A DNA stretch of 64,000 bases from the NCBI GenBank assembly GCA_963727775.1, contig CAVSHB010000001.1, positions 704,001-768,000 of the forward strand, in the 5' to 3' direction. This document shows positions 55,882 to 64,000 of the stretch, piece after piece. The notes under the pieces are model-generated. The model made no database searches, had not been told where the DNA came from, and saw nothing but the letters and a program-made list of their open reading frames with translations. This DNA comes from an uncultured Nitrospiraceae bacterium (lineage in GTDB: Bacteria > Nitrospirota > Thermodesulfovibrionia > Thermodesulfovibrionales > SM23-35). The stretch's first letter is position 1. Every line of letters starts with the position of its first letter. Position numbers and translations under genes: made by a program.

Positions 55882-56067
55882 TTTATCCTCCCAATTAGAG
55901 GGCAAGGAATTATGCGCATGTTAATAGGCCATGATGAGTGCATGGTCATTTCGATTATCAATTTGTTCTGCATAAAATTCTCCCTTCTTTCATCATAATC
56001 GGATGAAAGATATTTATATATTATATTCTAAATAATTTAGATTATAATTTCTATACATTAATATATA

Positions 56068-56082
56068 GCAATTATTATGCCC
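56068..56082 (-). promoter_or_regulatory. sigma54 (-24/-12) promoter of the giant-protein operon
   Basis: Minus strand GGGCAT-AATAA-TTGC. Confidence 0.7.
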
Positions 56083-56177
56083 CATATCTTATTGGGATTA
56101 CGCCGAATGTTTGTATTTTTCTTGTCTGTTGAGGTAAGTAAGTTCAATTTTTATTGTAAATCTTAAAAACATATTTA

Positions 56178-56190
56178 AATCAATTAGTTG
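56178..56190. promoter_or_regulatory. IHF-binding site
   Basis: AATCAATTAGTTG matches WATCAANNNNTTR. Confidence 0.65.
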
Positions 56191-56299
56191 CGAACAAAAA
56201 ACAGATGTTCGAATCCTGTTGCCTTCACTAATCCGTAGAATTGACGATTTTATTATTAGGTCCCGCTACAATAAGTCTGCTAATTTTTGTGACTTCTTT

Positions 56300-56336
56300 T
56301 GTTACGCAGATTACATATTTTGTTACTTGTTTTACA
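56300..56336. promoter_or_regulatory. Tandem enhancer-binding-protein sites (TGT-N10-ACA x2)
   Basis: TGTTACGCAGATTACA and TGTTACTTGTTTTACA, starts 21 bp apart. Confidence 0.6.
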
Positions 56337-56443
56337 TATTTTGTTGTCGGTTTTCAAATAAAAAAGAAAATCCTTTAATCTTTTATAAAGCAAAAAACCG
56401 GGAAACTTTTTTGATATACTGTAAAAGGAGAATAAGAGAAAGA

Positions 56444-57337
56444 ATGAAAAAATATTCCACCAGATTTTTATCGGTAGTCTTTATCCTATTTTTCCTATGC
56501 ATGTCTGTTTTTCTTCGGGATGTTTCTGCGGACAAAAAAAACTTCTTATGGAAGGTCCGGTCTGAGACAGGCACTGTTTATATTCTGGGTTCCATCCACT
56601 TCATGAAAAAGGAGATTTACCCGCTAGACAAAAAAATCGAGGACGCTTTTGATAAATCCGACATCCTGTCTGTTGAAGCTGATGTCAATGATATAAGCCG
56701 GATTGACCTTCAGAAATTAATGGAATCCTCTCTCTACGCAGGCGATGATACCCTCGCAAATCATGTCTCCGGAGAGACCTATAGACTTGTAAAAAAAGAA
56801 GTTGAAAGAAACGGTATTCCTGTCTGGATTGTCGATAAGCAGAGACCGTGGATTCTGGCTTTGACATTGACGTCACTGGAACTTGCAAAGTTGGGGTTTG
56901 AGCCTGACTATGGGATAGACATTCATTTCCTGTCAAAGGCTTCAGGTAAAAAGAAGATCAAAGAACTCGAGAGCGTTGATTACCAGATAAATCTCCTGTC
57001 GGGGTTTTCCGACAAAGAACAGGAAGCGTTTTTGTTATATACGTTGAAGGACTTAAACTTGATCGAGAAAGAAGTTGACACTGCTCTCCGCGCATGGACG
57101 ACCGGGGACGTAAAAGGGATGGAGTCTATAATGGGAAGTCTTCAGGACGACCGGGGAATGTCTTCGATATATGAAAAACTCATCTATGAAAGAAACAAGA
57201 ATATGGCGGCAAAAATTGAAGGCTATCTCAAAACAAAGGAAAGCTATTTTGTCGTGGTGGGAGCAGGCCATGTCGTTGGAGAAAAGGGGATTGTCGAGAT
57301 CCTCAGAAGAAAGGGATATCGTGTCGCGCAATTGTAA
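56444..57337 (+). CDS. TraB/GumN family protein
   Basis: FLWKV, YILGSIH, GID, ELES, RNKNM, VVGAGH; signal peptide from MKKYS. Confidence 0.92.
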   Translation: MKKYSTRFLSVVFILFFLCMSVFLRDVSADKKNFLWKVRSETGTVYILGSIHFMKKEIYPLDKKIEDAFDKSDILSVEADVNDISRIDLQKLMESSLYAGDDTLANHVSGETYRLVKKEVERNGIPVWIVDKQRPWILALTLTSLELAKLGFEPDYGIDIHFLSKASGKKKIKELESVDYQINLLSGFSDKEQEAFLLYTLKDLNLIEKEVDTALRAWTTGDVKGMESIMGSLQDDRGMSSIYEKLIYERNKNMAAKIEGYLKTKESYFVVVGAGHVVGEKGIVEILRRKGYRVAQL

Positions 57338-57363
57338 AATAATTATAAATATAGGGAGGTCCC

Positions 57364-57855
57364 ATTTCTTTTCTTATTATTGACGGGTATAACCTTATCG
57401 GTATCCATCACAAGGACCTTAAAAAACAGAGGGAGATGCTCATTAATGCTCTAATTGAATACAGGAAGAAAAAAGGCCATGATATAACAATCGTTTTTGA
57501 CGGCTGGAAATCAGGGGAGGGCAAGGAAAATAAATCCATGACAGGAGGTATAACTGTCGTCTATTCAAGAATCGGAGATAAAGCGGATGCAGTAATAAAA
57601 CGTACGATCTCTTCAATAAGGCGTGAATGGATTGTTGTGACATCGGACAGGGATATTGCAGACCATGCGTGGGCATCAGGCTCTGTCCCCGTGTCGTCAG
57701 AGGATTTCTTAAATGCGATTGAGAGAAAAAATATGCGTAGGGATATCGATGACGAAGAATATGATGAGGAAGACGATATTTACCCCAGAAAAGGTAATCC
57801 GAGAAAGCTTTCTAAAAAGGAAAAAGCGGTTGTGAGGGCTTTAAGCAAGCTTTGA
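57364..57855 (+). CDS. NYN-domain (YacP/Rae1-like) ribonuclease, probable ATT start
   Basis: In-frame IIDGYNLIG lies upstream of the first ATG; VFDG, AD, VTSD motifs. Confidence 0.85.
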   Translation: MSFLIIDGYNLIGIHHKDLKKQREMLINALIEYRKKKGHDITIVFDGWKSGEGKENKSMTGGITVVYSRIGDKADAVIKRTISSIRREWIVVTSDRDIADHAWASGSVPVSSEDFLNAIERKNMRRDIDDEEYDEEDDIYPRKGNPRKLSKKEKAVVRALSKL

Positions 57856-58736
57856 TGCGGGGTTTTATCGGAATCATAATCAAGCAACGACCCGCGGATA
57901 CGATAACTGTCGTTTTCCTTTTGTTCCTTACCGCGCTGACTTTTATTTTTTATCAGGCTGTCCCAAAAGCGTTTTTCTTAATAAGTCTTTATTCGTCCCT
58001 TATTTTTGCCCAGGTAATTCTCATTATGTACAAAAATAAAGGCAGGTTCATGCAATTTTTTTATGATCTGATTTTTCCGGTTATTTGCGTCCTGCTTATC
58101 TTTGACAGCCTCGAATGGCTTGTGCATTATATCAATCCCAAAGACATAGACCCGGTGCTTATCAGGCTTGATTATTTGTTGTTCAGCAACTATCCCACGG
58201 TAATGCTCGAAAGGATTATGAACCCGTACTTGACCGATATACTCCAGGCGGCTTATTCGACTTATTATTTTATTCCTGTTAGTTTTGGAGCTTTCCTTCT
58301 GTTAAATAGGCATAGGGCGGCATTCAATAAATCATTGTTTATGATTTTGTTCTGTTTTTATTTATCTTATCTCGGGTATATACTTATGCCCGCGCTCGGA
58401 CCGAGGTTTACGATCAATAATCTGCAGACGAAAGAACTGCAAGGTTTTATCATTGCCGGACCGATTCAAGAGTTTTTGAACAGACTTGAAGGAATAAAAA
58501 GGGACGCCTTCCCGAGCGGACATACAGGTATTGCCTTAATTGTGCTCTACCTTGCATACAGGTTTAATCGAAGATTCTTTTGGATATGCCTGCCTGTTGT
58601 AGCGGCTCTAATATTTTCAACGGTATACTGCCGGTATCATTATGTTGTCGACGTAATAGCCGGGCTCGGATTGACAATAGTAACTATTTTGCTGGGAGAG
58701 CGGTATTATGAGTGGTGGCTGCAAAGGGAGCTGTAA
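57855..58736 (+). CDS. PAP2-family membrane phosphatase/transferase
   Basis: PALGPR, AFPSGH, RYHYVVD, several TM helices. Confidence 0.9.
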   Translation: MRGFIGIIIKQRPADTITVVFLLFLTALTFIFYQAVPKAFFLISLYSSLIFAQVILIMYKNKGRFMQFFYDLIFPVICVLLIFDSLEWLVHYINPKDIDPVLIRLDYLLFSNYPTVMLERIMNPYLTDILQAAYSTYYFIPVSFGAFLLLNRHRAAFNKSLFMILFCFYLSYLGYILMPALGPRFTINNLQTKELQGFIIAGPIQEFLNRLEGIKRDAFPSGHTGIALIVLYLAYRFNRRFFWICLPVVAALIFSTVYCRYHYVVDVIAGLGLTIVTILLGERYYEWWLQREL

Positions 58737-58744
58737 AAGCTATT

Positions 58745-58912
58745 TTATCTGATCTTCGCCGCCTTCATCTTCTGAAAGTTCGATTTGTTGCCGCTTTTCA
58801 AGAGGTCTTTAAGCTCCAGAGACATTGCAGACAACCCTAATTTGCACAAGACACAAACACCGTCTGCCTGATGCGTCTCATTAAGGCACTTGGTGCATTT
58901 TTTTGTCTTCAT
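58745..58912 (-). CDS. Small CxxC/CxxC protein, 55 aa (not in the ORF track)
   Basis: MKTKKCTKCLNETHQADGVCVLCKLGL...; AAGGCGG upstream. Confidence 0.65.
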   Translation of the reverse strand: MKTKKCTKCLNETHQADGVCVLCKLGLSAMSLELKDLLKSGNKSNFQKMKAAKIR

Positions 58913-59080
58913 ATATATACCGCCTTTATTGTTTTATTTATTATTAAATTAGCTGAAAATTGTGAAGAAGTCATTAAGAAAATGTGAAAAAAGGTTGAAT
59001 TTACGGCTGCATACATAAAATTTTATTAATAATCAGCCAGTTTTCCCATGTCGTAGAAAAATAAATTATAACAGTAAATG

Positions 59081-59121
59081 ATATGGCAGGCATGTATTTC
59101 AATCATACAGTGCCTGCCATA
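59081..59121. terminator. Stem-loop, possible terminator
   Basis: ATGGCAGGCA-TGTAT...ATACA-GTGCCTGCCAT. Confidence 0.55.
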
Positions 59122-59173
59122 TCTGAATTGTGAGTTCGTTGCTTGACCAGCAACTTTAGCTTTTTCAGCTCTT

Positions 59174-59278
59174 TCACTTGTGGCATATCTTAGCGGGATT
59201 CTCCCTTAAAACTTTCTTGAGATTGTCCCAGAAAGCAGCCTCTTTCTCGATTGACTTATTGTTTAAAGGTCTCTTCAT
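59174..59278 (-). CDS. Small protein, 34 aa (not in the ORF track)
   Basis: Strong RBS AAAGGAGGTGA; MKRPLNNKSIEKEAAFWDNLKKVLRENPAKICHK. Confidence 0.6.
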   Translation of the reverse strand: MKRPLNNKSIEKEAAFWDNLKKVLRENPAKICHK

Positions 59279-59487
59279 CCTCTCTCACCTCCTTTCATGT
59301 TCGGATTAATGCAGTCTATCTATATCTGAACAACGATAGCTTTTGTCTATGAGTCAATAATAGCATTTATTAGAGGTTTGTCAAGGGGGCTATTTAAAAA
59401 ATTATTATAGATTTGTTTTGAAGGAAATAAGGATTCCGTTTTCACAGGAATCGACACGAGCCTTCGGCTCACAAAGGAGTACGAAAA

Positions 59488-59536
59488 TAACTCCCCCTCG
59501 CCCCCTCTTAGTTTAAGAGGGGGTTGGGGGGAGTTA
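59488..59536. repeat. GC-rich palindromic repeat, copy 2
   Basis: TAACTCCCCC...CCTCTTA-GTT-TAAGAGG...GGGGAGTTA. Confidence 0.7.
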
Positions 59537-59778
59537 ATAAAATAAATAGAATCATTTTCGGGTAAAGGCCCCTTTCTGACGGAATTAACGGAATTAACAG
59601 TTTAGCATTCTTGCCTTAATATGTTTGTTCTTGTGTTTCAGTTCAAAGTCTGTTGATTTTGAATATCTCTTGAATCGTCTGTTGTCTTTTGTCCACATCG
59701 ACCATTTTAATAAAAGTATCATTGAAATATAAAGTTTTTTTATTGACATAAAATAAATTCATCATTACAATTCTATCG

Positions 59779-60147
59779 ATGAAAAATAAGATCCTGCTGG
59801 TTGATGACTCCAAAATTGTCCAGCAGATGTATGTTAACAAGCTGGTTTCGGAACAGTTCACCGTGCTTACCGCGGATAACGGGATAGAAGCTATTAAAAT
59901 ACTCTCCCGGGAACTGCCGGATATTATCCTCCTTGATCTTGTTATGCCTGTATTAGACGGATACAAAGTGCTTCAGGTCCTTAAAAAAGATCAGAGATTC
60001 TCATCCATCCCCGTATTAGTCTTTTCTGCAAGGGGCCGCCCTGAAGAAATAGAGAAAGCTTTGGCGCTCGGAGCATCAGGATACATTGTAAAATCGACCA
60101 CCAAGCCGAATGAGGTCATTGAACAGATAAGGAAGGTCCTCGGATAA
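59779..60147 (+). CDS. Single-domain response regulator (CheY-like)
   Basis: LLVDDS, LLDLVMP, YIVK. Confidence 0.93.
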   Translation: MKNKILLVDDSKIVQQMYVNKLVSEQFTVLTADNGIEAIKILSRELPDIILLDLVMPVLDGYKVLQVLKKDQRFSSIPVLVFSARGRPEEIEKALALGASGYIVKSTTKPNEVIEQIRKVLG

Positions 60148-60229
60148 CTAATCCGTCTGTCGCTATATTAATAAAATAACCTGTCTTTAAGTCCCGCGAC
60201 ATATAATAATATTATTACTGAAAGAAAGG

Positions 60230-62137
60230 GTGTTGTATATGCCTCGGGATAACGGCAACGGGACTGCGGGTTCAAAACTGGCAAAGGCAGCGGAAATATT
60301 CTTGACCGGGACTGTCGGCGGGTCTATGGACAATTATGAGATAAGGCCTTCACAGATGGAATTGATGAACGCCTGCTCACGTACGATTGAAGAAGGCGGG
60401 AAACTGATGGCAGAGGCCGGTACAGGCACGGGGAAGACATTTGCTTACCTCGTCCCGATTATTATCTCAGGCAAAAAGTCTATCGTGTCTACAAAAACGA
60501 TCAACCTCCAGGAGCAGATCATAACCAAAGACTTGAGCTTTTTGTCAGGCTTGAAAGACTTCTCTTATGCGATAGCGAAGGGCAGGGGTAACTATCTCTG
60601 CCTCAGGCGTCTTAATGCCTTTAGGTCTGAAGATCGCGAGGAAGCCGAAGAATGCAGGAATATGGTGATCTGGGCGTCCGAAACCGATGCAGGAGATATT
60701 GAAGACCTTAATGCGAAGAATGTCCGTATATGGAGCAGGATAAGTTCCGATCCGGATGCGTGTAAAGGAATGCAGTGTAGTTATTACAGGCAGTGTTTTT
60801 ATTTCAAAGCGAGGCAGAAATGGGAAAGGTCCCAAATAATTGTAGCCAATCACTCTTTGGTCGGAATAAACAGCGCGCTCACAGAAAAATCAAAGATATT
60901 GCCCGAGGCGGAGGTCCTGATAATAGATGAAGCGCATACATTGGACCACGTCCTTTCAGAAGTAATCGGAAACACTTTGTCAAACAAAGGGTTTGAAAGC
61001 ATATTGAACAAGTTGCTGAGAATTGATGAACGCGGTATTTACAAGGGGCTGCTTTCAAAGTCACCCAACCTGTTTACCGCAATCGAATCTATCAGGTCGG
61101 AGATGAGACTGTTTTGGACAACCGTAAAAAATGAATTCAAAGGCAGGGACAAATATACGGTAAAGGGTCTTTTTAAATATTCGGAAACAGCGGCCGGGCT
61201 CTCGGAAGCAACAGAAGCATTGATTACCGACATAAACACATCAGTAAAAGGACTTTTCAAAGAGGATGAAGAGGTTGAATTAATTGCAGCTATAATAAAA
61301 CTTAAGGCGTTTTCAGAGGGGCTTGGAGAGTTTGTGCATGGGTTGGACGGACATGTGAGATGGATCGAAATAGAGAAAGAAAAAATCGCCCTCCGCATGC
61401 TGCCTGTATATCCCAGAGATTTTGTTCTTAACAGTATTGTGCCGGCGTATAAGTCCATCATACTTACTTCCGCGACGCTTTCTGTTTCAGGGGATTTCAG
61501 CTTTCTTTCAAATGTGATTGGTTTAAGGGAGGCCGATAAAGTGACCCTGCCGTCGCCCTTTGATCTCAGGGACCAGGTTACGATCGAAGTCAAGAATGGT
61601 ATAGACCTTAAGAATGAGGATGGAGTCGAAAAGCTCGCCGGAGTGATACTTGATGAAGCATCAAAAAAAGACGGGGGAATGCTTGTCCTATTTACGTCCA
61701 GAGAAGTGATGAAAAAGACATGGGACATCTGTTATGAAGATTTAAAAGATATGGACCTTAACCCCATGATTCAAGGGGAACTGCCAAATAAAGCCATGCT
61801 TCGGACTATGCGAGGAAGTGAGAATAGTATTATTTTCGGACTGGATTCGTTCTGGGAAGGCGTTGATGTTAGAGGGGATTCTCTTAAATGCCTGATAATC
61901 ACGAAATTGCCGTTCGAAGTCCCGACCGAGCCGATAGTTATGGCAAGAACAGAGATAATCGAGAGGGAAGGCGGCTCCCCGTTTTACGAATATAGTCTTC
62001 CCCGTGCCGTGCTGAAATTCAAACAGGGATTCGGAAGATTGATAAGGTCCAAAACCGACAGAGGTAGGATTGTTATCTGCGATGATAGGATCGATACAAA
62101 GACATACGGGCATGTATTCAGGAAAAGCCTTTTGTAA
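60230..62137 (+). CDS. dinG: DinG/YoaA-family ATP-dependent helicase
   Basis: EAGTGTGKT, KGRGNYLC, Fe-S cysteines, DEAH, TSATL, FWEGVD, QGFGRLIR; start uncertain. Confidence 0.92.
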   Translation: MLYMPRDNGNGTAGSKLAKAAEIFLTGTVGGSMDNYEIRPSQMELMNACSRTIEEGGKLMAEAGTGTGKTFAYLVPIIISGKKSIVSTKTINLQEQIITKDLSFLSGLKDFSYAIAKGRGNYLCLRRLNAFRSEDREEAEECRNMVIWASETDAGDIEDLNAKNVRIWSRISSDPDACKGMQCSYYRQCFYFKARQKWERSQIIVANHSLVGINSALTEKSKILPEAEVLIIDEAHTLDHVLSEVIGNTLSNKGFESILNKLLRIDERGIYKGLLSKSPNLFTAIESIRSEMRLFWTTVKNEFKGRDKYTVKGLFKYSETAAGLSEATEALITDINTSVKGLFKEDEEVELIAAIIKLKAFSEGLGEFVHGLDGHVRWIEIEKEKIALRMLPVYPRDFVLNSIVPAYKSIILTSATLSVSGDFSFLSNVIGLREADKVTLPSPFDLRDQVTIEVKNGIDLKNEDGVEKLAGVILDEASKKDGGMLVLFTSREVMKKTWDICYEDLKDMDLNPMIQGELPNKAMLRTMRGSENSIIFGLDSFWEGVDVRGDSLKCLIITKLPFEVPTEPIVMARTEIIEREGGSPFYEYSLPRAVLKFKQGFGRLIRSKTDRGRIVICDDRIDTKTYGHVFRKSLL

Positions 62138-62237
62138 ATGACATTGATCTCCGCCTGTTGTCCTGATAGAATCTGTAATTATGGAATATAGAGCTATGTT
62201 TTTTGCGGTTCCTTATCAAGGTATTCAACCATAAAAT

Positions 62238-63686
62238 ATGGCGGGTTATGATTTTGATATAGGGGTTTTGGGAGGAGGCGCAGCGGGGCTCACCATCGCA
62301 TCAGGGGCTTCACAGTTCGGCGCAAAGACCCTCCTCATCGAAAAGGAGAATGAACTGGGCGGAGACTGTCTCCATTTCGGCTGCGTCCCGAGCAAGACGC
62401 TTATCCGGACTGCGAATATTTATCACCTCATGAGGAATGCCGGAAAATATGGTCTTCCCCGCGTTGACCTCAAGCCTGTCGATTATCAGGAAGTAACAAG
62501 AAGAATACGGTCGGTCATAAGCGTTATACAGGAGCATGATTCAAAGGAGAGATTTTGTTCGCTCGGCGCAAGGGTCGAATTCGGCAATGCCGAATTTATT
62601 GACGAGCATTCCGTCCGCTTGAACGGAGAAATATATTCCGCCAAAAATTGGGTCATTTCCACGGGTTCTTCACCGTTTATCCCTCCGATAGAAGGAATTG
62701 ATAAAACACCTTACATCACCAATAAAGAAATCTTTTCGCTGGACAGACTGCCGGTATCCATGGTCTGTATCGGCGGCGGCCCCATCTCGATCGAGATGGC
62801 ACAGGCATTTGCCCGTCTGGGCACTAAGGTGACTGTGGTTGAGCTCGCCAACCAAATCCTCGGGGCCGAGGACAAAGATATGGCCGACCAGCTCATGAAT
62901 GTCCTTATTTCTGAGGGTATAACATTCCATTTGAATGCTGCTACCCTCAATGTGAAAGACCTTGGAAATGAAAAAGAGGTTGTTATCAAAAATAGTGAAG
63001 GCAACGTTGTGAATCTCAAGGCGGAGACCATCCTTGTTGCAGTCGGCAGGCAAGCAAACCTGAAAGGCCTCGGGCTTGAAAACATTTCAGTCGAATTCGA
63101 TAAGAAAGGCTTAAAGCTGGACAGGCGGCTCAGGACAAACCATAAGCATATCTATGCTGCCGGAGACGTAACAGGAACTTATCAATTTACCCATGCCGCA
63201 GGATATGAGGGCGGCATTGTACTTAGCAATGCGATCCTCCGACTGCCGAGGAAAGTGGACTACACAAATCTTCCTTGGTGCACTTATACAACGCCAGAGC
63301 TCGCAAGCATAGGGTTGAACGAAAAACGGGCCGCTGCAGCGGGTATCCGTTATTCTGTCTGGACAGAGGAGTTTAAAGCCAATGACAGAAGCCTTGCGGA
63401 AGGAGAAGAAGAAGGTAAAGTTAAACTTCTACTCGATGACAAAGAAAAACCCATAGGCATTCAGATTCTCGGTCCGAGCGCCGGAGAATTAATCAGCGAG
63501 TGGGTTGCCGTTATGAATGGCGGGGTCAAACTCTCGACTCTTGCATCGTCCGTTCATTCATATCCTACTCTCGCTGAGATCAATAAAAAGGTTGCGGGGA
63601 ATTTCTTTTCCGGCAAGATTTTTTCTAAAAAAGTAAAAAAAGCGCTGAGATTTTTCTTCAACCTTAAAGGTCGAGCATGCGGATAA
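62238..63686 (+). CDS. Pyridine nucleotide-disulfide oxidoreductase (MerA/LpdA-like)
   Basis: GGGAAG, GGDCLHFGCVPSK, AAGDV, HSYPT. Confidence 0.9.
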   Translation: MAGYDFDIGVLGGGAAGLTIASGASQFGAKTLLIEKENELGGDCLHFGCVPSKTLIRTANIYHLMRNAGKYGLPRVDLKPVDYQEVTRRIRSVISVIQEHDSKERFCSLGARVEFGNAEFIDEHSVRLNGEIYSAKNWVISTGSSPFIPPIEGIDKTPYITNKEIFSLDRLPVSMVCIGGGPISIEMAQAFARLGTKVTVVELANQILGAEDKDMADQLMNVLISEGITFHLNAATLNVKDLGNEKEVVIKNSEGNVVNLKAETILVAVGRQANLKGLGLENISVEFDKKGLKLDRRLRTNHKHIYAAGDVTGTYQFTHAAGYEGGIVLSNAILRLPRKVDYTNLPWCTYTTPELASIGLNEKRAAAAGIRYSVWTEEFKANDRSLAEGEEEGKVKLLLDDKEKPIGIQILGPSAGELISEWVAVMNGGVKLSTLASSVHSYPTLAEINKKVAGNFFSGKIFSKKVKKALRFFFNLKGRACG

Positions 63687-63772
63687 GTGAAGTCTGTTTT
63701 ATTGACTCGACCACGTTCTGTTTTCCCGTCACCCAATCCCCGGTCGGCTGGATGAATTCGTTAGCCCCTCTC

Positions 63773-64000
63773 TTAATAAATGTCTAATTGTATCTTAATG
63801 GCCTCACCTATCCTGAGCATATCTTCTTCTGAAAGTACGCCTGCACGTTTGAATAAGCGCAACTTGCTTACAGTAGCAAGTTGATCAGCCATGGCCTTGC
63901 TTTCATTGCCGTTAAATATGACAAGTGCTTCACTAGGATACAGACGATCTGTCTTACTGGTTAGAGGAACAACCTGAACTCGATTGAGGAACTTGTTTGA
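63773..64000 (-). CDS. MazF/PemK-family toxin, 5' end outside the window
   Basis: Minus strand ...SNKFLNRVQVVPLTSKTDRLYPSEA...KAMADQLATVSKLRL...IQLDIY*. Confidence 0.88.
   Translation of the reverse strand, partial: SNKFLNRVQVVPLTSKTDRLYPSEALVIFNGNESKAMADQLATVSKLRLFKRAGVLSEEDMLRIGEAIKIQLDIY

Noticed and set aside
56219..56443. Cys/Phe-rich N-terminal extension of the TraB/GumN ORF
   Set aside because: It is the AT-rich regulatory region; the signal peptide starts at ATG 56444
62238..63686. Mercuric reductase (merA)
   Set aside because: No N-terminal metal-binding domain, no C-terminal Cys-Cys pair and no mer genes nearby

Overview
Bacterial chromosomal window. Gene order (ispE-tRNA-Gln-prs-rplY-pth), the rRNA operon and the repeat content suggest an anaerobic Nitrospirota (Thermodesulfovibrionia-like) or deltaproteobacterium-like organism; this is inference and needs a 16S search. 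It holds housekeeping genes (priA, ispE, prs, rplY, pth, moeA, asnS, glgX, DinG-family helicase), a complete 16S-Ile-Ala-23S-5S operon, three IS elements with readable ends (IS1634, and an IS256 nested in an IS1202-like element) and two type II TA loci. The most striking locus is a minus-strand operon (44256-55881) with a predicted sigma54 promoter. It joins a 2874-aa secreted DUF11/SdrD-B/peptidase-C25 protein to a RiPP-like cassette: PqqD/RRE, radical SAM-SPASM, a 58-aa YxxPxL-leader precursor, an HPr-kinase-like protein and an S26-like peptidase. Other highlights: a three-copy structured intergenic element with invariant junctions but unrelated stems, a probable selenocysteine ArsM, a c-di-GMP-I riboswitch ahead of a divergent sigma70 paralog, a ~125-nt hairpin insertion in 23S rRNA, a NYN nuclease that apparently needs an ATT start, and a group IIC intron 3' remnant. 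All protein calls come from motif recognition, not database searches.
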